In this document: in pieces, positions 24,001-38,956 of the stretch
How positions within the stretch are numbered: the stretch's first letter is position 1
Layout: each line of letters opens with the position of its first letter
Assembly (NCBI GenBank): GCA_964057225.1
Contig: OZ059899.1
Span: forward strand, 2,170,001-2,234,000
Origin: Auanema rhodensis
Taxonomy: Eukaryota; Animalia; Nematoda
Reading direction: 5' to 3'
DNA length: 64,000 nucleotides
The notes under the pieces: model-generated
What the model saw: only the letters and a program-made list of their open reading frames with translations
The model's database searches: none
Told to the model about the DNA's origin: nothing
Translations under genes and position numbers: made by a program

Positions 24001-27000
24001 AACTGATATAAGTTCACACTTATATCCTCGATTTTCACCCTGAAGAATTAATTTTTTCGTTGAATAGCATTGTCCATCGTCTTTGCCTTGGAAAAAGGAA
24101 TCTAAAAACATCTACTTTTTGCTAAATTATTTTGAAATTTTTCGAAAAAATTTTTGTCAAAATGTTTTTGGAAGCAATGTTGAGTGTACATGGAAACTCA
24201 ACATACACTAATGCATCATTTTTCAAACGATCATAACTAATTTTTGTATCAAGCGTTTCTCGATGTAGTATAGTGCATTCGATGCGAATTTTTAAGCTGC
24301 GTCGATCTGTGTTATCAGATTTGCGCTAGCTTAAAAATGCACCGAGATATCAACTGATATAAGTTCACACTTATATCCTCGATTTTCACCCTGAAGAATT
24401 AATTTTTTCGTTGAATAGCATTGTCCATCGTCTTTGCCTTGGAAAAAGGAATCTAAAAACATCTACTTTTTGCTAAATTATTTTGAAATTTTTCGAAAAA
24501 ATTTTTGTCAAAATGTTTTTGGAAGCAATGTTGAGTGTACATGGAAACTCAACATACACTAATGCATCATTTTTCAAACGATCATAACTAATTTTTGTAT
24601 CAAGCGTTTCTCAATGTAGTATAGTGCATTCGATGCGGATTTTTAAGCTGCGTCGATCTGTGTTATCAGTTTTGCGCTAACTTAAAAATGCACCGAGATA
24701 TCAACTGATATAAGTTCACACTTATATCCTCGATTTTCACCCTGAAGAATTAATTTTTTCGTTGAATAGCATTGTCCATCGTCTTTGCCTTGGAAAAAGG
24801 AATCTAAAAACATCTACTTTTTGCTAAATTATTTTGAAATTTTTCGAAAAAATTTTTGTCAAAATGTTTTTGGAAGCAATGTTGAGTGTACATGGAAACT
24901 CAACATACACTAATGCATCATTTTTCAAACGATCATAACTAATTTTTGTATCAAGCGTTTCTCGATGTAGTATAGTGCATTCGATGCGAATTTTTAAGCT
25001 GCGTCGATCTGTGTTATCAGATTTGCGCTAGCTTAAAAATGCACCGAGATATCAACTGATATAAGTTCACACTTATATCCTCGATTTTCACCCTGAAGAA
25101 TTAATTTTTTCGTTGAATAGCATTGTCCATCGTCTTTGCCTTGGAAAAAGGAATCTAAAAACATCTACTTTTTGCTAAATTATTTTGAAATTTTTCGAAA
25201 AAATTTTTGTCAAAATGTTTTTGGAAGCAATGTTGAGTGTACATGGAAACTCAACATACACTAATGCATCATTTTTCAAACAATCATAACTAATTTGTGT
25301 ATTAAGCGTTTCTCAATGTAGTATAGTGCATTCGATGCGGATTTTTAAGCTGCGTCGATCTGTGTTATTAGATTTGCGCTAACTTAAAAATGCACCGAGA
25401 TATCAACTGATATAAGTTCACACTTATATCCTCGATTTTCACCCTGAACAATTAATTTTTTCGTTGAATAACATTGTCCATCGTCTTTGCCTTGAAAAAT
25501 GGAATCTAAAAACATCTACTTTTTGCTAAATTATTTTGAAATTTTTCGAAAAAATTTTTGTCAAAATGTTTTTGGAAGCAATGTTGAGTGTACATGGAAA
25601 CTCAACATACACTAATGCATCATTTTTCAAACGATCATAACTAATTTTTGTATTAAGCGTTTCTCAATGTAGTATAGTGCATTCGATGCGAATTTTTAAG
25701 CTGCGTCGATCTGTGTTATCAGATTTGCGCTAGCTTAAAAATGCACCGAGATATCAACTGATATAAGTTCACACTTATATCCTCGATTTTCACCCTGAAG
25801 AATTAATTTTTTCGTTGAATAGCATTGTCCATCGTCTTTGCCTTGGAAAAAGGAATCTAAAAACATCTACTTTTTGCTAAATTATTTTGAAATTTTTCGA
25901 AAAAATTTTTGTCAAAATGTTTTTGGAAGCAATGTTGAGTGTACATGGAAACTCAACATACACTAATGCATCATTTTTCAAACGATCATAACTAATTTTT
26001 GTATCAAGCGTTTCTCGATGTAGTATAGTGCATTCGATGCGGATTTTTAAGCTGCGTCGATCTGTGTTATCAGATTTGCGCTAGCTTACAAATGCACCGA
26101 GATATCAACTGATATAAGTTCACACTTATATCCTCGATTTTCACCCTGAAGAATTAATTTTTTCGTTGAATAACATTGTCCATCGTCTTTGCCTTGAAAA
26201 ATGGAATCTAAAAACATCTACTTTTTGCTAAATTATTTTGAAATTTTTCGAAAAAATTTTTGTCAAAATGTTTTTGGAAGCAATGTTGAGTGTACATGGA
26301 AACTCAACATACACTAATGCATCATTTTTCAAACGATCATAACTAATTTTTGTATCAAGCGTTTCTCAATGTAGTATAGTGCATTCGATGCGGATTTTTA
26401 AGCTGCGTCGATCTGTGTTATCAGATTTGCGCTAGCTTAAAAATGCACCGAGATATCAACTGATATAAGTTCACACTTATATCCTCGATTTTCACCCTGA
26501 CAAATTAATTTTTTCGTTGAATAACATTGTCCATCGTCTTTGCCTTGAAAAATGGAATCTAAAAACATCTACTTTTTGCTAAATTATTTTGAAATTTTTC
26601 GAAAAAATTTTTGTCAAAATGTTTTTGGAAGCAATGTTGAGTGTACATGGAAACTCAACATACACTAATGCATCATTTTTCAAACAATCATAACTAATTT
26701 GTGTATTAAGCGTTTCTCAATGTAGTATAGTGCATTCGATGCGGATTTTTAAGCTGCGTCGATCTGTGTTATTAGATTTGCGCTAACTTAAAAATGCACC
26801 GAGATATCAACTGATATAAGTTCACACTTATATCCTCGATTTTCACCCTGAACAATTAATTTTTTCGTTGAATAACATTGTCCATCGTCTTTGCCTTGAA
26901 AAATGGAATCTAAAAACATCTACTTTTTGCTAAATTATTTTGAAATTTTTCGAAAAAATTTTTGTCAAAATGTTTTTGGAAGCAATGTTGAGTGTACATG

Positions 27001-30000
27001 GAAACTCAACATACACTAATGCATCATTTTTCAAACGATCATAACTAATTTTTGTATCAAACGTTTCTCAATGTAGTATAGTGCATTCGATGCGGATTTT
27101 TAAGCTGCGTCGATCTGTGTTATCAGATTTGCGCTAGCTTAAAAATGCACCGAGATATCAACTGATATAAGTTCACACTTATATCCTCGATTTTCACCCT
27201 GAAGAATTCATTTTTTCGTTGAATAACATTGTCCATCGTCTTTGCCTTGAAAAAAGGAATCCAAAAACATCTACTTTTTGCTAAATTATTTTGAAATTTT
27301 TGGAAAAAATTTTTGTCAAAATGTTTTTGGAAGCAATGTTGAGTGTACATGGAAACTCAACATACACTAATGCATCATTTTTCAAACGATCATAACTAAT
27401 TTTTGTATTAAGCGTTTCTCAATGTAGTATAGTGCATTCGATGCGAATTTTTAAGCTGCGTCGATCTGTGTTATCAGATTTGCGCTAGCTTAAAAATGCA
27501 CCGAGATATCAACTGATATAAGTTCACACTTATATCCTCGATTTTCACCCTGAAGAATTAATTTTTTCGTTGAATAGCATTGTCCATCGTCTTTGCCTTG
27601 GAAAAAGGAATCTAAAAACATCTACTTTTTGCTAAATTATTTTTAAATTTTCGAAAAAATTTTTGTCAAAATGTTTTTGGAAGCAATGTTGAGTGTACAT
27701 GGAAACTCAACATACACTAATGCATCATTTTTCAAACAATCATAACTAATTTGTGTATTAAGCGTTTCTCAATGTAGTATAGTGCATTCGATGCGGATTT
27801 TTAAGCTGCGTCGATCTGTGTTATCAGATTTGCGCTAGCTTACAAATGCACCGAGATATCAACTGATATAAGTTCACACTTATATCCTCGATTTTCACCC
27901 TGAAGAATTAATTTTTTCGTTGAATAACATTATCCATCGTCTTTGACTTGAAAAATGGAATCTAAAAACATCTACTTTTTGCTAAATTATTTTGAAATTT
28001 TTCGAAAAAATTTTTGTCAAAATGTTTTTGGAAGCAATGTTGAGTGTACATGGAAACTCAACATACACTAATGCATCATTTTTCAAACGATCATAACTAA
28101 TTTTTGTATCAAACGTTTCTCAATGTAGTATAGTGCATTCGATGCGGATTTTTAAGCTGCGTCGATCTGTGTTATCAGATTTGCGCTAGCTTAAAAATGC
28201 ACCGAGATATCAACTGATATAAGTTCACACTTATATCCTCGATTTTCACCCTGAAGAATTCATTTTTTCGTTGAATAACATTGTCCATCGTCTTTGCCTT
28301 GAAAAAAGGAATCCAAAAACATCTACTTTTTGCTAAATTATTTTGAAATTTTTGGAAAAAATTTTTGTCAAAATGTTTTTGGAAGCAATGTTGAGTGTAC
28401 ATGGAAACTCAACATACACTAATGCATCATTTTTCAAACGATCATAACTAATTTTTGTATTAAGCGTTTCTCAATGTAGTATAGTGCATTCGATGCGAAT
28501 TTTTAAGCTGCGTCGATCTGTGTTATCAGATTTGCGCTAGCTTAAAAATGCACCGAGATATCAACTGATATAAGTTCACACTTATATCCTCGATTTTCAC
28601 CCTGAAGAATTAATTTTTTCGTTGAATAGCATTGTCCATCGTCTTTGCCTTGGAAAAAGGAATCTAAAAACATCTACTTTTTGCTAAATTATTTTTAAAT
28701 TTTCGAAAAAATTTTTGTCAAAATGTTTTTGGAAGCAATGTTGAGTGTACATGGAAACTCAACATACACTAATGCATCATTTTTCAAACAATCATAACTA
28801 ATTTGTGTATTAAGCGTTTCTCAATGTAGTATAGTGCATTCGATGCGGATTTTTAAGCTGCGTCGATCTGTGTTATCAGATTTGCGCTAGCTTACAAATG
28901 CACCGAGATATCAACTGATATAAGTTCACACTTATATCCTCGATTTTCACCCTGAAGAATTAATTTTTTCGTTGAATAACATTATCCATCGTCTTTGACT
29001 TGAAAAATGGAATCTAAAAACATCTACTTTTTGCTAAATTATTTTGAAATTTTTCGAAAAAATTTTTGTCAAAATGTTTTTGGAAGCAATGTTGAGTGTA
29101 CATGGAAACTCAACATACACTAATGCATCATTTTTCAAACGATCATAACTAATTTTTGTATCAAGCGTTTCTCGATGTAGTATAGTGCATTCGATGCGGA
29201 TTTTTAAGCTGCATCGATCTGTGTATCAGATTTGCGCTAGCTTAAAAATGCACCGAGATATCAACTGATATAAGTTCACACTTATATCCTCGATTTTCAC
29301 CCTGAAGAATTGATTTTTTCGTTGAATAACATTGTCTATCGTCTTTGCCTTGAAAAATGGAATCTAAAAACATCTACTTTTTGCTAAATTATTTTGAAAT
29401 TTTTCGAAAAAATTTTTGTCAAAATGTTTTTGGAAGCAATGTTGAGTGTACATGGAAACTCAACATACACTAATGCATCATTTTTCAAACGATCATAACT
29501 AATTTTTGTATCAAACGTTTCTCAATGTAGTATAGTGCATTCGATGCGGATTTTTAAGCTGCGTCGATCTGTGTTATCAGATTTGCGCTAGCTTAAAAAT
29601 GCACCGAGATATCAACTGATATAAGTTCACACTTATATCCTCGATTTTCACCCTGAAGAATTCATTTTTTCGTTGAATAACATTGTCCATCGTCTTTGCC
29701 TTGAAAAAAGGAATCCAAAAACATCTACTTTTTGCTAAATTATTTTGAAATTTTTGGAAAAAATTTTTGTCAAAATGTTTTTGGAAGCAATGTTGAGTGT
29801 ACATGGAAACTCAACATACACTAATGCATCATTTTTCAAACGATCATAACTAATTTTTGTATTAAGCGTTTCTCAATGTAGTATAGTGCATTCGATGCGA
29901 ATTTTTAAGCTGCGTCGATCTGTGTTATCAGATTTGCGCTAGCTTAAAAATGCACCGAGATATCAACTGATATAAGTTCACACTTATATCCTCGATTTTC

Positions 30001-33000
30001 ACCCTGAAGAATTAATTTTTTCGTTGAATAGCATTGTCCATCGTCTTTGCCTTGGAAAAAGGAATCTAAAAACATCTACTTTTTGCTAAATTATTTTGAA
30101 ATTTTTCGAAAAAATTTTTGTCAAAATGTTTTTGGAAGCAATGTTGAGTGTACATGGAAACTCAACATACACTAATGCATCATTTTTCAAACGATCATAA
30201 CTAATTTTTGTATCAAGCGTTTCTCGATGTAGTATAGTGCATTCGATGCGGATTTTTAAGCTGCGTCGATCTGTGTTATCAGATTTGCGCTAGCTTACAA
30301 ATGCACCGAGATATCAACTGATATAAGTTCACACTTATATCCTCGATTTTCACCCTGAAGAATTAATTTTTTCGTTGAATAGCATTGTCCATCGTCTTTG
30401 CCTTGAAAAAAGGAATCTAAAAACATCTACTTTTTGCTAAATTATTTTGAAATTTTTCGAAAAAATTTTTGTCAAAATGTTTTTGGAAGCAATGTTGAGT
30501 GTACATGGAAACTCAACATACACTAATGCATCATTTTTCAAACGATCATAACTAATTTTTGTATTAAGCGTTTCTCAATGTAGTATAGTGCATTCGATGC
30601 GAATTTTTAAGCTGCGTCGATCTGTGTTATCAGATTTGCGCTAGCTTAAAAATGCACCGAGATATCAACTGATATAAGTTCACACTTATATCCTCGATTT
30701 TCACCCTGAAGAATTAATTTTTTCGTTGAATAGCATTGTCCATCGTCTTTGCCTTGGAAAAAGGAATCTAAAAACATCTACTTTTTGCTAAATTATTTTG
30801 AAATTTTTCGAAAAAATTTTTGTCAAAATGTTTTTGGAAGCAATGTTGAGTGTACATGGAAACTCAACATACACTAATGCATCATTTTTCAAACGATCAT
30901 AACTAATTTTTGTATCAAGCGTTTCTCGATGTAGTATAGTGCATTCGATGCGGATTTTTAAGCTGCGTCGATCTGTGTTATCAGATTTGCGCTAGCTTAC
31001 AAATGCACCGAGATATCAACTGATATAAGTTCACACTTATATCCTCGATTTTCACCCTGAAGAATTAATTTTTTCGTTGAATAACATTGTCCATCGTCTC
31101 TGCCTTGAAAAATGGAATCTAAAAACATCTACTTTTTGCTAAATTATTTTGAAATTTTTCGAAAAAATTTTTGTCAAAATGTTTTTGGAAGCAATGTTGA
31201 GTGTACATGGAAACTCAACATACACTAATGCATCATTTTTCAAACGATCATAACTAATTTTTGTATCAAGCGTTTCTCAATGTAGTATAGTGCATTCGAT
31301 GCGGATTTTTAAGCTGCGTCGATCTGTGTTATCAGATTTGCGCTAGCTTAAAAATGCACCGAGATATCAACTGATATAAGTTCACACTTATATCCTCGAT
31401 TTTCACCCTGAAGAATTAATTTTTTCGTTGAATAACATTATCCATCGTCTTTGCCTTGAAAAATGGAATCTAAAAACATCTACTTTTTGCTAAATTATTT
31501 TGAAATTTTTCGAAAAAATTTTTGTCAAAATGTTTTTGGAAGCAATGTTGAGTGTACATGGAAACTCAACATACACTAATGCATCATTTTTCAAACAATC
31601 ATAACTAATTTGTGTATTAAGCGTTTCTCAATGTAGTATAGTGCATTCGATGCGGATTTTTAAGCTGCGTCGATCTGTGTTATCAGTTTTGCGCTAACTT
31701 AAAAATGCACCGAGATATCAACTGATATAAGTTCACACTTATATCCTCGATTTTCACCCTGAACAATTAATTTTTTCGTTGAATAACATTGTCCATCGTC
31801 TTTGCCTTGAAAAATGGAATCTAAAAACATCTACTTTTTGCTAAATTATTTTGAAATTTTTCGAAAAAATTTTTGTCAAAATGTTTTTGGAAGCAATGTT
31901 GAGTGTACATGGAAACTCAACATACACTAATGCATCATTTTTCAAACGATCATAACTAATTTTTGTATCAAACGTTTCTCAATGTAGTATAGTGCATTCG
32001 ATGCGGATTTTTAAGCTGCGTCGATCTGTGTTATCAGATTTGCGCTAGCTTAAAAATGCACCGAGATATCAACTGATATAAGTTCACACTTATATCCTCG
32101 ATTTTCACCCTGAAGAATTCATTTTTTCGTTGAATAACATTGTCCATCGTCTTTGCCTTGAAAAAAGGAATCCAAAAACATCTACTTTTTGCTAAATTAT
32201 TTTGAAATTTTTGGAAAAAATTTTTGTCAAAATGTTTTTGGAAGCAATGTTGAGTGTACATGGAAACTCAACATACACTAATGCATCATTTTTCAAACGA
32301 TCATAACTAATTTTTGTATTAAGCGTTTCTCAATGTAGTATAGTGCATTCGATGCGAATTTTTAAGCTGCGTCGATCTGTGTTATCAGATTTGCGCTAGC
32401 TTAAAAATGCACCGAGATATCAACTGATATAAGTTCACACTTATATCCTCGATTTTCACCCTGAAGAATTAATTTTTTCGTTGAATAGCATTGTCCATCG
32501 TCTTTGCCTTGGAAAAAGGAATCTAAAAACATCTACTTTTTGCTAAATTATTTTGAAATTTTTCGAAAAAATTTTTGTCAAAATGTTTTTGGAAGCAATG
32601 TTGAGTGTACATGGAAACTCAACATACACTAATGCATCATTTTTCAAACGATCATAACTAATTTTTGTATCAAGCGTTTCTCGATGTAGTATAGTGCATT
32701 CGATGCGAATTTTTAAGCTGCGTCGATCTGTGTTATCAGATTTGCGCTAGCTTAAAAATGCACCGAGATATCAACTGATATAAGTTCACACTTATATCCT
32801 CGATTTTCACCCTGAAGAATTAATTTTTTCGTTGAATAGCATTGTCCATCGTCTTTGCCTTGGAAAAAGGAATCTAAAAACATCTACTTTTTGCTAAATT
32901 ATTTTGAAATTTTTCGAAAAAATTTTTGTCAAAATGTTTTTGGAAGCAATGTTGAGTGTACATGGAAACTCAACATACACTAATGCATCATTTTTCAAAC

Positions 33001-36000
33001 GATCATAACTAATTTTTGTATCAAGCGTTTCTCAATGTAGTATAGTGCATCCGATGCGGATTTTTAAGCTGCGTCGATCTGTGTTATCAGTTTTGCGCTA
33101 ACTTAAAAATGCACCGAGATATCAACTGATATAAGTTCACACTTATATCCTCGATTTTCACCCTGAAGAATTAATTTTTTCGTTGAATAGCATTGTCCAT
33201 CGTCTTTGCCTTGGAAAAAGGAATCTAAAAACATCTACTTTTTGCTAAATTATTTTGAAATTTTTCGAAAAAATTTTTGTCAAAATGTTTTTGGAAGCAA
33301 TGTTGAGTGTACATGGAAACTCAACATACACTAATGCATCATTTTTCAAACGATCATAACTAATTTTTGTATCAAGCGTTTCTCGATGTAGTATAGTGCA
33401 TTCGATGCGGATTTTTAAGCTGCGTCGATCTGTGTTATCAGATTTGCGCTAGCTTACAAATGCACCGAGATATCAACTGATATAAGTTCACACTTATATC
33501 CTCGATTTTCACCCTGAAGAATTAATTTTTTCGTTGAATAACATTGTCCATCGTCTCTGCCTTGAAAAATGGAATCTAAAAACATCTACTTTTTGCTAAA
33601 TTATTTTGAAATTTTTCGAAAAAATTTTTGTCAAAATGTTTTTGGAAGCAATGTTGAGTGTACATGGAAACTCAACATACACTAATGCATCATTTTTCAA
33701 ACGATCATAACTAATTTTTGTATCAAGCGTTTCTCAATATAGTATAGTGCATTCGATGCGGATTTTTAAGCTGCGTCGATCTGTGTTATCAGATTTGCGC
33801 TAGCTTAAAAATGCACCGAGATATCAACTGATATAAGTTCACACTTATATCCTCGATTTTCACCCTGAAGAATTAATTTTTTCGTTGAATAACATTATCC
33901 ATCGTCTTTGCCTTGAAAAATGGAATCTAAAAACATCTACTTTTTGCTAAATTATTTTGAAATTTTTCGAAAAAATTTTTGTCAAAATGTTTTTGGAAGC
34001 AATGTTGAGTGTACATGGAAACTCAACATACACTAATGCATCATTTTTCAAACAATCATAACTAATTTGTGTATTAAGCGTTTCTCAATGTAGTATAGTG
34101 CATTCGATGCGGATTTTTAAGCTGCGTCGATCTGTGTTATCAGTTTTGCGCTAACTTAAAAATGCACCGAGATATCAACTGATATAAGTTCACACTTATA
34201 TCCTCGATTTTCACCCTGAACAATTAATTTTTTCGTTGAATAACATTGTCCATCGTCTTTGCCTTGAAAAATGGAATCTAAAAACATCTACTTTTTGCTA
34301 AATTATTTTGAAATTTTTCGAAAAAATTTTTGTCAAAATGTTTTTGGAAGCAATGTTGAGTGTACATGGAAACTCAACATACACTAATGCATCATTTTTC
34401 AAACGATCATAACTAATTTTTGTATCAAACGTTTCTCAATGTAGTATAGTGCATTCGATGCGGATTTTTAAGCTGCGTCGATCTGTGTTATCAGATTTGC
34501 GCTAGCTTAAAAATGCACCGAGATATCAACTGATATAAGTTCACACTTATATCCTCGATTTTCACCCTGAAGAATTCATTTTTTCGTTGAATAACATTGT
34601 CCATCGTCTTTGCCTTGAAAAAAGGAATCCAAAAACATCTACTTTTTGCTAAATTATTTTGAAATTTTTGGAAAAAATTTTTGTCAAAATGTTTTTGGAA
34701 GCAATGTTGAGTGTACATGGAAACTCAACATACACTAATGCATCATTTTTCAAACGATCATAACTAATTTTTGTATTAAGCGTTTCTCAATGTAGTATAG
34801 TGCATTCGATGCGAATTTTTAAGCTGCGTCGATCTGTGTTATCAGATTTGCGCTAGCTTAAAAATGCACCGAGATATCAACTGATATAAGTTCACACTTA
34901 TATCCTCGATTTTCACCCTGAAGAATTAATTTTTTCGTTGAATAGCATTGTCCATCGTCTTTGCCTTGGAAAAAGGAATCTAAAAACATCTACTTTTTGC
35001 TAAATTATTTTGAAATTTTTCGAAAAAATTTTTGTCAAAATGTTTTTGGAAGCAATGTTGAGTGTACATGGAAACTCAACATACACTAATGCATCATTTT
35101 TCAAACGATCATAACTAATTTTTGTATCAAGCGTTTCTCGATGTAGTATAGTGCATTCGATGCGAATTTTTAAGCTGCGTCGATCTGTGTTATCAGATTT
35201 GCGCTAGCTTAAAAATGCACCGAGATATCAACTGATATAAGTTCACACTTATATCCTCGATTTTCACCCTGAAGAATTAATTTTTTCGTTGAATAGCATT
35301 GTCCATCGTCTTTGCCTTGGAAAAAGGAATCTAAAAACATCTACTTTTTGCTAAATTATTTTGAAATTTTTCGAAAAAATTTTTGTCAAAATGTTTTTGG
35401 AAGCAATGTTGAGTGTACATGGAAACTCAACATACACTAATGCATCATTTTTCAAACGATCATAACTAATTTTTGTATCAAGCGTTTCTCAATGTAGTAT
35501 AGTGCATTCGATGCGGATTTTTAAGCTGCGTCGATCTGTGTTATCAGTTTTGCGCTAACTTAAAAATGCACCGAGATATCAACTGATATAAGTTCACACT
35601 TATATCCTCGATTTTCACCCTGAAGAATTAATTTTTTCGTTGAATAGCATTGTCCATCGTCTTTGCCTTGGAAAAAGGAATCTAAAAACATCTACTTTTT
35701 GCTAAATTATTTTGAAATTTTTCGAAAAAATTTTTGTCAAAATGTTTTTGGAAGCAATGTTGAGTGTACATGGAAACTCAACATACACTAATGCATCATT
35801 TTTCAAACGATCATAACTAATTTTTGTATCAAGCGTTTCTCGATGTAGTATAGTGCATTCGATGCGAATTTTTAAGCTGCGTCGATCTGTGTTATCAGAT
35901 TTGCGCTAGCTTAAAAATGCACCGAGATATCAACTGATATAAGTTCACACTTATATCCTCGATTTTCACCCTGAAGAATTAATTTTTTCGTTGAATAGCA

Positions 36001-38956
36001 TTGTCCATCGTCTTTGCCTTGGAAAAAGGAATCTAAAAACATCTACTTTTTGCTAAATTATTTTGAAATTTTTCGAAAAAATTTTTGTCAAAATGTTTTT
36101 GGAAGCAATGTTGAGTGTACATGGAAACTCAACATACACTAATGCATCATTTTTCAAACAATCATAACTAATTTGTGTATTAAGCGTTTCTCAATGTAGT
36201 ATAGTGCATTCGATGCGGATTTTTAAGCTGCGTCGATCTGTGTTATTAGATTTGCGCTAACTTAAAAATGCACCGAGATATCAACTGATATAAGTTCACA
36301 CTTATATCCTCGATTTTCACCCTGAACAATTAATTTTTTCGTTGAATAACATTGTCCATCGTCTTTGCCTTGAAAAATGGAATCTAAAAACATCTACTTT
36401 TTGCTAAATTATTTTGAAATTTTTCGAAAAAATTTTTGTCAAAATGTTTTTGGAAGCAATGTTGAGTGTACATGGAAACTCAACATACACTAATGCATCA
36501 TTTTTCAAACGATCATAACTAATTTTTGTATTAAGCGTTTCTCAATGTAGTATAGTGCATTCGATGCGAATTTTTAAGCTGCGTCGATCTGTGTTATCAG
36601 ATTTGCGCTAGCTTAAAAATGCACCGAGATATCAACTGATATAAGTTCACACTTATATCCTCGATTTTCACCCTGAAGAATTAATTTTTTCGTTGAATAG
36701 CATTGTCCATCGTCTTTGCCTTGGAAAAAGGAATCTAAAAACATCTACTTTTTGCTAAATTATTTTGAAATTTTTCGAAAAAATTTTTGTCAAAATGTTT
36801 TTGGAAGCAATGTTGAGTGTACATGGAAACTCAACATACACTAATGCATCATTTTTCAAACGATCATAACTAATTTTTGTATCAAGCGTTTCTCGATGTA
36901 GTATAGTGCATTCGATGCGGATTTTTAAGCTGCGTCGATCTGTGTTATCAGATTTGCGCTAGCTTACAAATGCACCGAGATATCAACTGATATAAGTTCA
37001 CACTTATATCCTCGATTTTCACCCTGAAGAATTAATTTTTTCGTTGAATAACATTGTCCATCGTCTTTGCCTTGAAAAATGGAATCTAAAAACATCTACT
37101 TTTTGCTAAATTATTTTGAAATTTTTCGAAAAAATTTTTGTCAAAATGTTTTTGGAAGCAATGTTGAGTGTACATGGAAACTCAACATACACTAATGCAT
37201 CATTTTTCAAACGATCATAACTAATTTTTGTATCAAGCGTTTCTCAATGTAGTATAGTGCATTCGATGCGGATTTTTAAGCTGCGTCGATCTGTGTTATC
37301 AGATTTGCGCTAGCTTAAAAATGCACCGAGATATCAACTGATATAAGTTCACACTTATATCCTCGATTTTCACCCTGACAAATTAATTTTTTCGTTGAAT
37401 AACATTGTCCATCGTCTTTGCCTTGAAAAATGGAATCTAAAAACATCTACTTTTTGCTAAATTATTTTGAAATTTTTCGAAAAAATTTTTGTCAAAATGT
37501 TTTTGGAAGCAATGTTGAGTGTACATGGAAACTCAACATACACTAATGCATCATTTTTCAAACAATCATAACTAATTTGTGTATTGAGCGTTTCTCAATG
37601 TAGTATAGTGCATTCGATGCGGATTTTTAAGCTGCGTCGATCTGTGTTATTAGATTTGCGCTAACTTAAAAATGCACCGAGATATCAACTGATATAAGTT
37701 CACACTTATATCCTCGATTTTCACCCTGAACAATTAATTTTTTCGTTGAATAACATTGTCCATCGTCTTTGCCTTGAAAAATGGAATCTAAAAACATCTA
37801 CTTTTTGCTAAATTATTTTGAAATTTTTCGAAAAAATTTTTGTCAAAATGTTTTTGGAAGCAATGTTGAGTGTACATGGAAACTCAACATACACTAATGC
37901 ATCATTTTTCAAACGATCATAACTAATTTTTGTATCAAACGTTTCTCAATGTAGTATAGTGCATTCGATGCGGATTTTTAAGCTGCGTCGATCTGTGTTA
38001 TCAGATTTGCGCTAGCTTAAAAATGCACCGAGATATCAACTGATATAAGTTCACACTTATATCCTCGATTTTCACCCTGAAGAATTCATTTTTTCGTTGA
38101 ATAACATTGTCCATCGTCTTTGCCTTGAAAAAAGGAATCCAAAAACATCTACTTTTTGCTAAATTATTTTGAAATTTTTGGAAAAAATTTTTGTCAAAAT
38201 GTTTTTGGAAGCAATGTTGAGTGTACATGGAAACTCAACATACACTAATGCATCATTTTTCAAACGATCATAACTAATTTTTGTATTAAGCGTTTCTCAA
38301 TGTAGTATAGTGCATTCGATGCGAATTTTTAAGCTGCGTCGATCTGTGTTATCAGATTTGCGCTAGCTTAAAAATGCACCGAGATATCAACTGATATAAG
38401 TTCACACTTATATCCTCGATTTTCACCCTGAAGAATTAATTTTTTCGTTGAATAGCATTGTCCATCGTCTTTGCCTTGGAAAAAGGAATCTAAAAACATC
38501 TACTTTTTGCTAAATTATTTTTAAATTTTCGAAAAAATTTTTGTCAAAATGTTTTTGGAAGCAATGTTGAGTGTACATGGAAACTCAACATACACTAATG
38601 CATCATTTTTCAAACAATCATAACTAATTTGTGTATTAAGCGTTTCTCAATGTAGTATAGTGCATTCGATGCGGATTTTTAAGCTGCGTCGATCTGTGTT
38701 ATCAGATTTGCGCTAGCTTACAAATGCACCGAGATATCAACTGATATAAGTTCACACTTATATCCTCGATTTTCACCCTGAAGAATTAATTTTTTCGTTG
38801 AATAACATTATCCATCGTCTTTGACTTGAAAAATGGAATCTAAAAACATCTACTTTTTGCTAAATTATTTTGAAATTTTTCGAAAAAATTTTTGTCAAAA
38901 TGTTTTTGGAAGCAATGTTGAGTGTACATGGAAACTCAACATACACTAATGCATCA
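21060..38956. repeat. Higher-order block: 20-monomer unit (21060-28078) copied at 29481-38956, with nested 3-mer and 7-mer tandem duplications
   Basis: Marker-ORF spacings are 2457, 3510, 1052, 1402, 2457, 2457 and 3510 bp (7, 10, 3, 4, 7, 7 and 10 monomers). Shared rare markers (gtctctg, cagtttt, tattag, gacaaa and the ttttaaattttcg deletion) appear in the same order. Confidence 0.87.
21156..21383 (-). other. 75-codon ORF in one satellite variant (10 copies with identical translation, 21156-42790); probably non-coding
   Basis: The ORF lies wholly inside the monomer. It is open only because ttaat>ttcat and tcta>tcca remove a TAA and a TAG. The F/K/N/I-rich translation reflects A/T tracts and has no recognisable domain. 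The confidence value refers to it being a real gene. Confidence 0.05.
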
